Below, piece by piece: positions 9,797 through 21,394 of a stretch of DNA of 64,000 nt. How positions within the stretch are numbered: position 1 is the first letter of the stretch; each line of letters opens with the position of its first letter. The DNA comes from Thecamonas trahens ATCC 50062 (lineage: Eukaryota; Protista; Apusomonadida). The notes under the pieces were generated by a model that was not told where the DNA came from, searched no databases, and saw only the letters and a list, made by a program, of their open reading frames with translations. The translations under genes were made by a program, and so were the position numbers. The stretch is taken from positions 165,782-229,781 of the forward strand of contig NW_013657624.1 of NCBI RefSeq assembly GCF_000142905.1. Direction: 5' to 3'.

Positions 9797-10397
9797 GCTG
9801 GAGAGCGTGCGAGTGTGTGAAGTGCTGCCGCCTGCCCGTCCCGTGCCGAAACAGACAAACGGTCGGCGGGCGGCTCAACGATGGTGAGCAACGGCGAAGG
9901 ATTGACGCTGGAGGCAGGAGGAGCCTGCAACAGCAGGTGGGCGATGGTGAACGATGGTGGGTGATTGGTGATTGGAGCTAGTGGCCGGCCAGGTTGACAG
10001 ACGCAACTCGGCGGGCATTCGCTGGGTGGTGTCGAGATACCCCGCAGCGTCATGTGCATGCATGGCGGTGGCAGGGGGGTGGCTTCGGCGCTGTCGAGCA
10101 GATACCGTTGACTGCCGTTGACCTCGTCCGCATAGCCACGTAGCCAATTTACGTACCAGAAAGCGGTCGAGGAGCAACAGCTAGACAGGAGCAGATGGCG
10201 GTGTACACCCCCCCCCCCAACCCACATCCCTGGAGTGTGTCAGGTGCGTGTGAGTCGTTTGGAGGCACAAGCGACATGAGCATGGTCGGTTGACAGGTAG
10301 CATTATCCCGCTTGTCACGCAAACGGTTCTCCGCTCGGACGAAAACCGCGACCCACCGAGGACCACAGCGGACCTGCCAGCCACTTCTCTCCCAGCC

Positions 10398-12694
10398 ATG
10401 GTGCGCGCATTGTTCCCACCGAGGTTGTTTGCCCTTCTCCAGGGCGGAGAGCACGATGATATCGTCCATTGGACAGATGACGGCAAGTCGTACGTTGTAT
10501 TCGGACAGGCCTCATGAGAATCCGTCCATGTCGTCGTATGGCCGAACAAGGGGTGGCCCAATTTTTTGGCCACGCGGCCACCCCCCTTGCTCCCCCCCCA
10601 CAGACACAGAGCCAATATCATCCTGTCAATGCACATGCCAGCGTTGCTACTGGTGTCCCCATACCATGCCCTCCCCCATAGCCATGGCGCCCTCGGCATG
10701 CGCACTCTTGGCTCCGCAGTCAATAACCGAAGCGGTCAGATTGGGGCACGCTGACCCTTCGCGAAGGTTTGCCTCGCACTCGGCCCGCAGCGTCACTGTT
10801 CGGTCTCTCGGTCGCAAACCCACCACCCTCTGCCGGCTACGGTCAGACCAAGCGATACTAGGCATAGTCATGAAGCACCATGTGTCTTTGTTTGGTGCGC
10901 ATTTGGCACTGTGGCCTCTGTTGGCGCCACTCCACCGCCCTTGGGGAAGGCATAGTCACACGAAGCGTCAAAGTTCCGCACGTGTGATCGACTTGCTGCG
11001 GGCATTAATTGGAGGTAATTGCCCGCACGTGTGATTATTTTTTTGGCCCTCCTCCTCCTCCCCCCCTCTCCCCTCTCCCCACTCACCCATCAACCGTCCT
11101 CGTCCGATGCAGCTTTGTTATCGAGAAGCTAACCGAGTTTTGTGAGGTTGTCCTCCCGTCGGTCTTTCGGCACAACAACTTCTCGTCCTTCCTCCGTCAG
11201 CTCTCGTTCTACTCATTCCGGCGCGAGGCGAACAACACATACTCGCATCCGCACTTTTTCCGCGATGGCGCAGCCGAGCTGGCCAATGTCAAGCGCAAGG
11301 CCTTTGACAAGAAGAGCAGCAAGAAGCGAAACAAGGCCCGCGACGAGCAGGCTAAAGAGATCGAGATGATGCAAGCCAAGCAGCAGGAGCTCGAGGCCGA
11401 GATCGCCAACCTCAAGAAACAGCTGGCCCATTCCCAGGTGAGCACGAGCACAACGGCCAGGGCGACCAACTCGGACACCGTCACTGCGCTTCACGACTCG
11501 AACAAGGTCATGTGGAGCGAGATCCGCAAGCTGCAGAAGGAATCGGCGCTGATGCGGTCGGTGGCGGTCGTCACCGCCACCTTTCTTGCTGCTGTGTTCA
11601 AGGGCCAGAACCCGCTCCGTGCCGCAGTCACCGCCGGTGAAGTCGCCATGGGGAGAAACTCGAGTGCGTTGCTCTCGCCGCGGACTGGTGCTGCCCTCGC
11701 CAGCAATTCGATGGTGTCACTCCCACTGACTTCAGCCATCTCCTCGCTCGTCGACTCGATCCTCCCGTCCGAGTCGAGTAAGAACTCGTCAGACCGCATG
11801 GCGACGGCAAAGGGCTCGTCCATCGACGAGCTCGATGACTCGCCGCAGCTGGAGAACGAGATGTCAGTGCCTAAGGCCGGCACGGGCTCATCCGAGTCGT
11901 CTTCACCCGGCGGGCCGTCGCCCACCGGCAAGCACGACGCCGACAACGAATTGGACCTCGTAGTCGACGTCGGGATGCCTAGCCCATCCCGTGACGCGAA
12001 GACTCCGATCTCGTTGCCGTCTGCCATGGCGCCACCGCCGTCAACCTCGGATTCGTTGCTCTCTGATGACGTGGCCGAGCTGCTGACCTCGGACGTTATG
12101 AACATGGTGGTTGCTGATCCTGCTGCGCTCGCCACCCTCTCGCCGTTTATCCAGACGCCGGCGCTGTTTGGCGATTCCAACCTTTCCGGTCTCTCGCCGA
12201 TTGAGCTCGGCGACCCGCTCGCTGGTGCCGCGCCGGGCGCGATGCTGCCGGCCGACGGCAACGCACCGCTATCGCTTCCATCGCCGTCGGTGCTGGGCAC
12301 CATGTCCAACAGCGTGCCTTTCATGTCGCCGCCCTCGACCGGAGGTGTCTCACACGTGCGGCCGCCGGCCGATAACGAGCCGCCGGCCAAGCGAGCCAAG
12401 GCGCTCAACGCCGAAGCTGTCACCCGCGACAAGCACTCCTCCTCGCAGTGGAGCCAGCTCCAACAGGAGGCTATTGTGCGGCTGACCAACCACCTCCTCA
12501 CCAAGATCGCCGACGAGATCGAGAACCGCGGCGGGGTCCGCGGCGTCGTTGGCCCGGGCGACGCCGGCGTCATTACTCCGGACATGCTCCGCTCCATCCC
12601 AAACTCGCAAGAGTTCTCGAGCTGCATGACCGACCGGCCGCTCGCCTTCCTCCTGTCCATTATCACATGGCTCGGCACTTTTCTCAAGCAGTAA
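10398..12694 (+). CDS. HSF: Heat shock transcription factor; exons 10398-10489 and 11113-12694
   Basis: Splicing GTACGT(10490)...GCAG(11112) joins FPPRLFALL...IVHWTDDGKS to FVIEK..FCEVVLPSVFRHNNFSSFLRQLSFYSFRR..YSHPHF, an HSF DNA-binding domain. Heptad oligomerisation region follows. Confidence 0.92.
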
Positions 12695-12776
12695 GCTCGC
12701 TTGGCGCGAGGTCTACGCTCCGCAACAGGCTACAAGGAGGTGGCCACTCTATATTTGTAAACACCCGCTCCAATGA

Positions 12777-13984
12777 TCACTTTCGAGGCGAGAGCGAGGT
12801 CTTGCACGCGTTCAGCACGCGTTGCCGCTCCTCGTATCGCGCCTGCAGCGCCGCAAGCATGGCGCCCGATCGTGGCGGCTCGGACTGTGCCGGTAGAGGA
12901 GCCGTCGTCGCCAGCGCCGGCGCCGGCGATGGCGCCGGCGCCCTCCGTGGGCTCGCCTCGCCCTCGATGGCGCGCACTTCTTCCAACCGCGCCACTCGAC
13001 CCTCGACCATGGACACGCGGGCAAGCACGTTGTCCAGTGCCGAGTCGACCCGCTGCTCCAGCTGGCCGAACCGGTCGGAAAGGCTATCAACGTGCCCTAC
13101 AAGCGTCGCCAGCAGCCGCTGGACCGAGTACCGGTCGGTGCCCGCATCGGCAGCGTCCGGATCGGCGGTGCCCGCTTCGGGCGGCGGGGATGGTGGGACT
13201 TCTTGGAGCCGCGGCGGGGTGACGGGAGTGGGTGGCGGCGCCTGCCGCGGGGCCACGGGCTCGTCGCCCGCCACCTGTAGCTCGACGCTGGCGAACGCTG
13301 CCCGTGCTGCGACCTCGGACCCATGGCCTGTAGTCGCCTCATGGCGCGTGGCGTGAGCAACGACCTCGGCAGCCGGCAGCGGAGGATAAGCAATGGCATC
13401 CGGATGCGGATCAGCAGATCGAGCCAGCTCCGGAGCAGCGACGATGCGCCGACGACGCGGCTGGCGGAGCTTTGTCAACGGTAGCTCGCCGGCGTCTCTT
13501 GCAAGATCAGCGTCCATCTGGACAATGGCATCAAGGATGGCGCGAAGGAAGAGCAGCTTGTGCTCTACAAAGCCCGGCGCAAAAAACTGTGCCGCAGAGA
13601 GCCGAGGCCGAATGCCCAAGAGACTCCGTCCGAGCTTGAAGAGTGCGTCCAAAAAGGCGCCAAGGCGCCGTCGGTCAATCCGCCCAACACAAATCCATCG
13701 TTGGCCAGCTTTCGCGTCACACGTGGTGACCATCTGGTGAGCACGTGTCCCAAGATAGGCAGCACCACCGCAGGCGAGCCACTCGCCAGCCCTCCGCCAT
13801 CATCACCGCCACCGCTACCGCCACCGCCACCGCCACCGCCGCCGCCGCCGCTGCTGCCACTGCCACTGCCACCGCCGCCGGTGGAGGAGAGAGGGATGGG
13901 GATGCCCAGTCGGTGCAGCTGCCGGTGGATGACCCTCACGTGGTTCTCCACGTCACCAGTCGCTTCAAGCTCATGGGTCGTCAT
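12777..13984 (-). CDS. CEP44: Centrosomal protein CEP44 homolog, frameshifted by an 8-nt tandem duplication at 13654-13669
   Basis: ATGDV...GSPAVVLPIL...WSPRV...TDGAFLDALFK...PRLSAAQFFAPGFVEHKL matches the CEP44 N-terminal domain once one GGCGCCTT copy is removed. Confidence 0.8.
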
Positions 13985-14628
13985 GGTCGTGAGAGGTGGT
14001 CCGAGACGTGGTCGTGGTCGCGGTCGTGGTGCTGGCGGGTGGGCCAATCGGGCAGGCTGTCAGCCGACGAACCGACGAGCCGAAGAACCGACAGACCGAT
14101 CGACTGGCCGACCGATCGGCCAACCGACGCACCGACCGATCGATTGACAGGTAGATAACTCGCTGGAGGAATTGGCAGAGGGACTGGAAGATGGAGGGGC
14201 GGAGAGGTTGAGAAGTGGGTTGAGCGGCGGGAGACGGGGAGCTATCGAGTTGGCGTCGGCTCATCGGGCGGCCGGCAAGGTATAGTGCACCACTTGCTGA
14301 TGGACAACGTGATGCGCCCACGATTGGGTAGATCTATGATCTGGATGGGTGTGTGCACTACTTGGATGCGATCTGAGTGCCGACCACCGCCCAATCATCA
14401 GTGCAGACAAGTCCCAGCTGGTCATGCCTGCAATCATGAACGCGATCACTGATCAAAAATACGACGCAACCGGCCAAGCCATCGCGCTGTCTTCCTCCCT
14501 CCCTCTCTCCGCGACACGCCACCTACATCGCCCTCCTTCCTCATCTACTACGTCCTCCTTCTCTGCCCTCAACACTCCAGATATCCTCTCCTACTCTAGC
14601 TGCATGCGTACGAGGACTTCAGGGTACC

Positions 14629-14729
14629 TTCAAAAACCCCCCCCAACCGTTGGCGCCAAAAAAAATGGCGCGGAAAGTGGTGTGAACAAGCGACAGACGA
14701 CGGATTCAAAGGGTTTTGATTTTGGCGCC
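14629..14729. promoter_or_regulatory. Cluster of E2F-like sites (TTGGCGCCAAA, ATGGCGCGGAAA, TTTTGGCGCC) and two CHR-like TTCAAA elements
   Basis: Motifs at 14650-14676 and 14720-14729, TTCAAA at 14629 and 14705, between divergent CEP44 and MKS1. Confidence 0.35.
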
Positions 14730-14844
14730 GGAGTTTGGCTAAGACGGGGGGGGAGGGGGGGATGGGTGTAGGTACGGGCATTACGAGCATTGGGGCACAC
14801 GACTCTCTCACTCACCACATCAAGGAGGAGCACTGTCGTGTGGT

Positions 14845-16678
14845 ATGTCCCTCACGATGCTTGGTATCGGACGGACTGTGGCGTACCACTCGCCTGACCC
14901 GCTCTCCACCTCATCCTCTCCTTCCGTGTCGTACAAGGCGTTGTCGGTCAGCCAGCCGGACTCGCACCCAAAGCCGGAGGCGGAGCTGGGCCGGAGCCAG
15001 AGCTGGAGCTGGAGCTGGGGCAGGCACAGGCACAAACACAGGCACAGGCACAAGCACAGGAGCTGGGGCTGGGGCTGGGGCTGGCTTGGGATCGATGGGA
15101 GCAACGGGCGGACGGACCGAGTACTCTGCGCGGGCACGGTGGAACGCACTGGTGGACGGAGATGACATGGATCGGTTCATGGTGGTGACGGAGAATGATG
15201 CGCCGATGAGTTTGGAGGCAGAGACACGACCGCTCGTCACTCGCTCGCAGCTGGCAGCTCATTCAAAAGCTGTCCAGGCAGAGTCGGATGCAAAGGCAAG
15301 GTCGGCGAACAAGTCTGCTGCGGGGGCTGGAGGTGGTGTGGCGGTCGATGGTCGTACGCCGGCGTCAAGCTCAAGAGCAGAAGCGGGAAAGAGTGCAGAG
15401 GTGACAGCTGTCTCGCCGTTGGTGGCAGCTGTGGTTGAAGCAAAGGCGGGGCAGGTCGATGGCCACGACGCCGATGTGGCAGGCAAGCATCTGGTGGACG
15501 AGGTGCCGGAGGAGATGCGGATTCTGTTCACGCCGCCCGGACAGGGCGGGGCAGAGCCGTTTATTGTCGCCAGGTTGGCGTGGTATGCGCAGGCCAGGAT
15601 GCTCGAGGTGACGCCAGGCTTTGGCGTGGCGCGCGAGGTGCTTGTGGGCAACGAGCGGTACGTGGTCGAGGTGACCAACGCTTCGGCCAGCGCGATGGGC
15701 GCGGACGAAGTGATCGAGCAGTACAAGGCGGCACAGGCCGAGGCGGCGGATGATGAGACGCGGCACAACGCGGCGGTGGGCCGGTTCTTCGAGCCGTCGC
15801 CACCGGCGTCGCACGTGTTGTACGTGGTGACGGGCGAGATTGTGTCGGGCGCCGAGTTTACCGGCGAGGCGCTGTACGTGCAGTACGCGTTCGAGGTCGA
15901 CGACTCGTGCTGGAGCGCCCGCCCGCTGCAGGCCGGGTCGGGCCGGGGCGGCAAGCCCGTGCTGGAGGGAGTGACCCAGCTGGCGCAGGTTCGGCGGGTG
16001 AGTGCGGCCGCTGCCGGGCTGCCTGACGGGCGGTCGACGCAGGCAACCATTCCTACAGCCATGTTTGGCCTCCCGCTCGAGGCGCAGTTTGAGTGGCGCC
16101 CACCGGCGGCGCGGCTCGGGCCCGACGGCGAGCCGCTCTCGCCGGACGACCACACCGAGGTGCCGGCCATGCCGCGGCTGCTGCTCAAGGTCGCGTCCTA
16201 CGACTGGTGGGAGCGTAACCGGCTCGAGGGCTACGCACACGTCGACCTCCCTGCGCGGCCGGGACACTACATGCTCGAGGTTCCGACGTGGAAGCCTGCA
16301 CTGTCGGTCCGGCAGCAGCTGCAGTCGTACTTTATCGGCGGCTCGCCCGAGCTCGCCGAGTTTGGCCACGCCGCAGTCCCGTCGAGCCATGAGGCTGGGA
16401 CCCCGCTCAACAAGCTCGGATTCGAGACCGAGTCTTCCGGCTCGCTCAAGATCCGTCTCAACGTGGTGCGCCGGTCGGCGTCTGTGCCAGGCTACACCGA
16501 GTGGGCTGCTCCCAACTACGGCCGCGAGGCCCAGAAGCCCGGCGCCGCCATCTCGCCGCTTGCCCGCATCGGGGCCTTCTCCAGCCGGCCTGCCTCATCG
16601 CACTACGCCTCGCTCCTCAACTCCAAGACGTGGAAGGAGATGAAGCGGGAGCGCGAGGCCGCCAAGAAGATTCTCTAG
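14845..16678 (+). CDS. MKS1: Meckel syndrome type 1 protein (B9-C2 domain, ciliary transition zone); probable frameshift(s) near 14905-14995
   Basis: B9 domain GEIVSGAEF..EALYVQY...GVTQ...FGLP...PRLLLKVASYDWWERNRLEGY...PG...VPTWKP...YFIGGSPEL...LNKLGFETESSGSL. The MKS1-like N-terminal AYHSPDPL motif lies in another frame from ATG 14845. Confidence 0.85.
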
Positions 16679-16823
16679 TAGTGAACGCTGTTCCCTTCCT
16701 CAATGCGCCCTCTGCGCGCCGTCTGTGTTTGCGCTCCTACTTTGAGCCGTGCGCCGAGTGACGCTTCCGCGGGATGAGCTTTGGTGTGTGCGCCCACCTG
16801 ACTCCCGCACGAGTACAGGCAGC

Positions 16824-18452
16824 ATGATTTGGCGAGGAGGGCGTGTCCATGTATTCGACCACAGCGCCTACGGTCTCGCCACTCTCCTTCTCCTTCTCCT
16901 TGTACTCCTCGCCACTGCCAGCTCTGCCCAGTGGTCGCCCTCGCCCTCGACAAACACACCGCTTGCTCCGTCGTCGGTGGCTCTGGAACAGGTTGGCCCG
17001 GTGACTGTCCCGGCGTTAGGGGGTTCGTTCTGGACTACTTTTTTTGAACTCGATGACGCTCTCGCCCGTTACGTCCTTAGAGTCCAGCGGGTCGACAAGG
17101 ACGGCATGCGGATGAACGGGAAGACGGGAACGCTGCTCGCGGCAGAGGACCAAGGCCCGGCGCTCTGGGGCTACGACACCAAGTCTGAGGCGGGCGGCGC
17201 CGTTGTCGTCGCTTTTAACGATCGTCGCCATCGCGGTGACCAGGATGATGCTGTGCGGCCTAGCAACGGTGTTGATGATGCTGGCGATGACAGCTCGGCT
17301 CGTGTTGAGGCGCACAAGTACGAGAACGTGGTGCTGACCCGGCTGGAGGCCAACGGAACGACGCCGTGGGGCCGATACGGCCTGTTGCTGTCGGACAACG
17401 ACGACTTTGAGCCGCAGCCGAGGGTGGTGCAGCGGGCTGACGGCGCCGATGAGTGGATGGTGGTCTGGCCGCACTTTCAGCGTAACGGGCACGAGCATAC
17501 CTGTATCCGCGCGCAGCGGATTTCCGCCGGCGGTGCCATGGGCTGGCCCTTTGGCGGCGTGTGCGTGTACGCCAACTCGCCCGAGGAGCCCGGCATGCTC
17601 TCGGTCGTCGCCGGCATGGCTAACGACGGGCAGCCGATGTTTGTGGTGGCGTGGATGAAGGATACCCGTCGGCACAAGGACCACTGGCTCCAGATGGCGG
17701 CCTACGACTGGAAGAGCGGCAAGCCGCTCTGGGGCGACGCGCCCATCACCATCTACTCGGCGAGTCAAATGGCGTCAGGCGTGTACCCGCAGCTCCGTAT
17801 CGGGCCGGCGTCCGAGGTGGTCCTCGCATGGTTTGTCACTACTCCGCACAACACCTTTGAGGCGTTCTGGCAGATGGTCGACGCGTCGGGCAAGGTGCTC
17901 TTCACTCCCGGCGGCGTGCCTGTCGCCGACTCTTCGGCGCTGTCGTACTTGGTGCCGATCCCGGCCTACGATTCCGAGCGCGGCGTGGTGTACGTGGTGT
18001 ACATGGCGGCAACGCATGCACAGGACGAGCGCGGCATCTATGTCTCGGCCTTTAACGTCACGGACGGCGGCAAGCCACTGTCGTCGGGCCCGTGGTCGCC
18101 GGCTGGCTGGCCCATCGTCCCGCTCGCGCCCACCACCCAGGTCAACGCCGACCAGCCGCTGCTGACCACCTATCCATCGGGCTCGACGCTCCTCCTCGGA
18201 TACTCGACCGGCCACCCGTACAACACGCTCCGCTTGCTGCGGATCGGCGACGCTCATAGCGACGCGACCATCGTGTGGAACGCCACGGTCTCGGACGCTT
18301 CCTCGTCAAAGTACGCTGTGACCATCGCGACGCCACTCGGTGAGATCGGCGAGGTCCCCATCGTGATGACGTGGGACGACAACCGCGGAGCGCAGTGGGA
18401 TGTGTTTGGTCAGGGCGTGACCGCAGACGGCCAGCTCGGCCCGCCGCAGTAG
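16824..18452 (+). CDS. Secreted repeat (beta-propeller-like) protein resembling bacterial extracellular proteins
   Basis: Signal peptide LLLLLLVLLATASSA/QW; about 7 repeats of [Q/T]R(I/V/L)xxxGxxxW..G; C-terminal WDDNR...DVFGQGVTADGQLG. Confidence 0.75.
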   Translation: MIWRGGRVHVFDHSAYGLATLLLLLLVLLATASSAQWSPSPSTNTPLAPSSVALEQVGPVTVPALGGSFWTTFFELDDALARYVLRVQRVDKDGMRMNGKTGTLLAAEDQGPALWGYDTKSEAGGAVVVAFNDRRHRGDQDDAVRPSNGVDDAGDDSSARVEAHKYENVVLTRLEANGTTPWGRYGLLLSDNDDFEPQPRVVQRADGADEWMVVWPHFQRNGHEHTCIRAQRISAGGAMGWPFGGVCVYANSPEEPGMLSVVAGMANDGQPMFVVAWMKDTRRHKDHWLQMAAYDWKSGKPLWGDAPITIYSASQMASGVYPQLRIGPASEVVLAWFVTTPHNTFEAFWQMVDASGKVLFTPGGVPVADSSALSYLVPIPAYDSERGVVYVVYMAATHAQDERGIYVSAFNVTDGGKPLSSGPWSPAGWPIVPLAPTTQVNADQPLLTTYPSGSTLLLGYSTGHPYNTLRLLRIGDAHSDATIVWNATVSDASSSKYAVTIATPLGEIGEVPIVMTWDDNRGAQWDVFGQGVTADGQLGPPQ

Positions 18453-18487
18453 CCGATAAATCGTGCAGTTTTCAGTCGAGAGTTGTT

Positions 18488-18551
18488 GGTCGGTGGTCGA
18501 GGCGCAGGTGATTGGGGGATGACGGCGGTCGGTGGTCGAGGCGCAGGTGAT
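18488..18551 (+). repeat. 25-bp direct repeat GGTCGGTGGTCGAGGCGCAGGTGAT x2 (39-bp period)
   Basis: Exact copies at 18488 and 18527. Confidence 0.9.
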
Positions 18552-18679
18552 CGGCTTGTCGGGCTACCGTCGCGAGGCCGAATCGCCGCTCACATCGACT
18601 CGCCGAGTCTCCAGGGATTGGAGGCGGCGGGCAACGGCTACCCACACCGCACCATACCACCGACCGGGACGCGTTGAGC

Positions 18680-19214
18680 ATGTCTGCCAGAGGCGCACTG
18701 TGTGAGTCTGCCAGCCCGGCGAGCCCCAGTTCGTGCGGCAGCAGTAGCGGCGACGACAACAGCGGCAGCGCTCGCTGTGGCTCGGGCTCGGACTCACTCG
18801 CAGCGGCAGCGCTCGTCGACTGTCTTCGCTTTGAGGTATTTGGCAAAGTGCAGGGCGTTTTTTCCGAAAGTGGACGAAAAAGACAGCCGATGCGCTGGGC
18901 CTTGTCGGCTGGTGTAGGAACAGGACGACGCGGAGGACGGTGGTTGGTGAGGTTCAAGGAGATGCCGAGGCTGTGGAGAAGATGTACGTGTCAGAATTAG
19001 CTCGATACGCCCCCATGTTACTTGCCATCTACCTGCACCAGACTGCTTGTGGTGTCCATCGCACTCACCTGCTTTCCCGACTTGATTGTCTTGCAGGGCT
19101 CGCTGGCTGGCGACCAAGGGCTCGCCCAAGTCGCGGATCGAGTCGTGCACGCAGAAGCGGTACCGCAAGCGCGGGGCAGCTGACTTTGGCGAGTTTACCA
19201 TTGTGCGCAAGTGA
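18680..19214 (+). CDS. ACYP: Acylphosphatase; exons 18680-18983 and 19097-19214; one base missing in T-run 18858-18863
   Basis: FEVFGKVQGVF[F]RKWT...LGLVGWCRN...TVVGEVQG...M/ARWL..KGSPKSRI...FTI; intron GTACGT(18984)...GCAG(19096). Confidence 0.88.
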
Positions 19215-19221
19215 GTGACAG

Positions 19222-20751
19222 TCACGGCCCTTGCTGGATGTGCAGGAGCGGCGTGGTGTCGACGATGACCCGCTTGACCTGTTCGAGATGATCGCCGAGG
19301 ACAGCGTTGCCAAGGGCGATGCCGACGCCACAGCGTGCGCGCGCGACGAGCTCTGGATCATCGACGCGGATGGCAAGCTGCATAGCGGTCTCGTAGTAGT
19401 GCTGGGCCTCGTCGTACATGCCCTGGTCGTTGACGTATTGGCCGAGGTCGGCGTAGGTCTTGGCTGCGGCCTGGCGGTCGGCGTCGGCGAGGAGGTCTGC
19501 GGCGCCGGCGTAGTAGCGGATGGCCGACTCGACGTCCGAGATGGCGGCAAAGAGGTCGCCGAGCTGAGAGTATGCGGTCGCCTTTTCGTGCACGTCGCCG
19601 AGCGCGTCAGCGAGCTCGACCCTGCGCTGGATGAAGCGCACACCCTCTTCGGGCGACGAGAGGCGGCCGAGGGCGGCGCCGAGCTGGCCGGCGGCCATTG
19701 CCTCGCCTGACGGGTCGCGGAGGGATGTGGCGAGCTCGAGAGCGCGCTCGTAGTGCTGGATAGCGAGGTCGTCTTGTCCGAGTGCAGTGTAACAGAGGCC
19801 CATGTTGTGCTGCGCAATAAACTGGCCGGCCTCGTCGGCGATCTCGGCATGCTTGGCGTGGCAGAGCAGGGCGAGCTTGTAGTTCTCGCCGCCGAGGACC
19901 TGGTAGTCGACGCCCATGTGGTTGTAGGCAAGCGCCTCGCCGAGCACGTCGCCGGCGCGGTGGCACGCGGCGAGATACTTGCGATAGCACTCGAGCGCCT
20001 TTTCGTACTGCGCCTCGTTGTCGTAGAGGATGCCCTGCGAAAAGTACGACTTGGCCTCGTTGCCGGAGAGCCCGGCCCGGAGCGAGGAGTCGGCGAGCAC
20101 TGCATGGTCCTTGAGCGAAGTGCGGACGGTGATGGCCACGCGTTTGGGCACGGCAGCGTTGGTGCTTGCGCTGGCGCTGCCGCCTACGCTGGCGCTGCCG
20201 CCTGCGCTCCGCATTCCGCCCGACCCTGCCGGCGAGGCTGGCCCGGCGGAGAGGGCGAGGCCGGCGGTGGCGGTCTCGCCGCTCTTGCCGGCCGGCAGCA
20301 GCGGCAGTGGATCAAGTCTGGGCGGCACCTCCCTCCGTCGCCTCAGCGGCGACCTCGCGGGCTTGCCCTTGCTCCTCCGCACCTCGTCCGCCATGCCCAG
20401 CAGCAGCGCGGCGATGTCCTTCTCGCCGCGGGGACCCTCGCCATCGGCGTTGTCGCCGGCGCCAGCGCCGCCCCGCTGTGGGCTCTGCCTGCTGGCCCGC
20501 CCGGACCGCGATGGCGAAGCGCGCCGCGGCGGCGACGAGCCACCGCCAGCACCCACGCCTGGCATCGCCGCCATGGCCGATGCCGCCGAGTTCAGCGCCG
20601 ACGGCGGGCCGCGGACGTCGCCCTGCGGGTGCAGCCGGATCGTCTCGTCCTCGAGCGACGGATCCCAGTGTGAGGTGCCCATGGCGCGGATGGTGTTGGT
20701 CGGGCGAAGATGGGCGTCCTGCGGAGCTTCGACATCGGCCTCGGAGCCCAT
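19222..20751 (-). CDS. Tetratricopeptide-repeat protein with disordered N-terminus (start uncertain)
   Basis: Tandem TPRs, e.g. AKSYFSQGILY..YEKALECY, ALAYNHMGVDY, AQHNMGLCY..AIQHY, AYSQLGDLF, TYADLG. Confidence 0.85.
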   Translation of the reverse strand: MGSEADVEAPQDAHLRPTNTIRAMGTSHWDPSLEDETIRLHPQGDVRGPPSALNSAASAMAAMPGVGAGGGSSPPRRASPSRSGRASRQSPQRGGAGAGDNADGEGPRGEKDIAALLLGMADEVRRSKGKPARSPLRRRREVPPRLDPLPLLPAGKSGETATAGLALSAGPASPAGSGGMRSAGGSASVGGSASASTNAAVPKRVAITVRTSLKDHAVLADSSLRAGLSGNEAKSYFSQGILYDNEAQYEKALECYRKYLAACHRAGDVLGEALAYNHMGVDYQVLGGENYKLALLCHAKHAEIADEAGQFIAQHNMGLCYTALGQDDLAIQHYERALELATSLRDPSGEAMAAGQLGAALGRLSSPEEGVRFIQRRVELADALGDVHEKATAYSQLGDLFAAISDVESAIRYYAGAADLLADADRQAAAKTYADLGQYVNDQGMYDEAQHYYETAMQLAIRVDDPELVARARCGVGIALGNAVLGDHLEQVKRVIVDTTPLLHIQQGP

Positions 20752-21394
20752 CAGCGTTGACCGGCGTGTGGCGGGCGTGAGCGACGAGTACGCCGCGTTG
20801 AACGCGAGCGAGCCGCTCGGAACCTCTTCCTCTCCCACCCCTCTTGATCCTGTGGACGGGCCGGGCCAAGGCGGTGCGGATGACAGGCAAGGCCACAACG
20901 GGCGATGCGACCGAGTCCGCGAACCATGCCGTTGGCGGCAAGCCGCGAGGAGGAGGATGGCCATAGGGCGTGCGGATCGAGTCAATTTCGTGGTGCCACC
21001 ACCATTGCATGCAACGATATTTCAATGTGAGTGACAATGGCTATACCCACGACCACAGGTACCATGACGAGGTCCATCCTCCCCTCCCCTGTCCCCTCCC
21101 CTGTCCCCTCCCCTGTCCCCTCCCCTGTTCCCCCCCCCCCCTCCCCGAGCACGTCGACATGGCCCGACTCTTGTCCGTACCGCGTGTGACCTTGCGGACA
21201 TGGTACAGGCCCTCTGCAGCCTCTGCATGGCGGAATAGATGGACAAAGTTGGCAAGAGGGGAGCTCATTCCTCCCGTTGCTCTCCCGCTTCCGTCCTCTC
21301 ACGTCGGCAAAGAAGAGTGTCACCGCCGTTGGTCCGTTGCCGCTCACTGTCTGCCCGCCCGCCACTCGCCGCACCACCAACGATAATTTCAACA

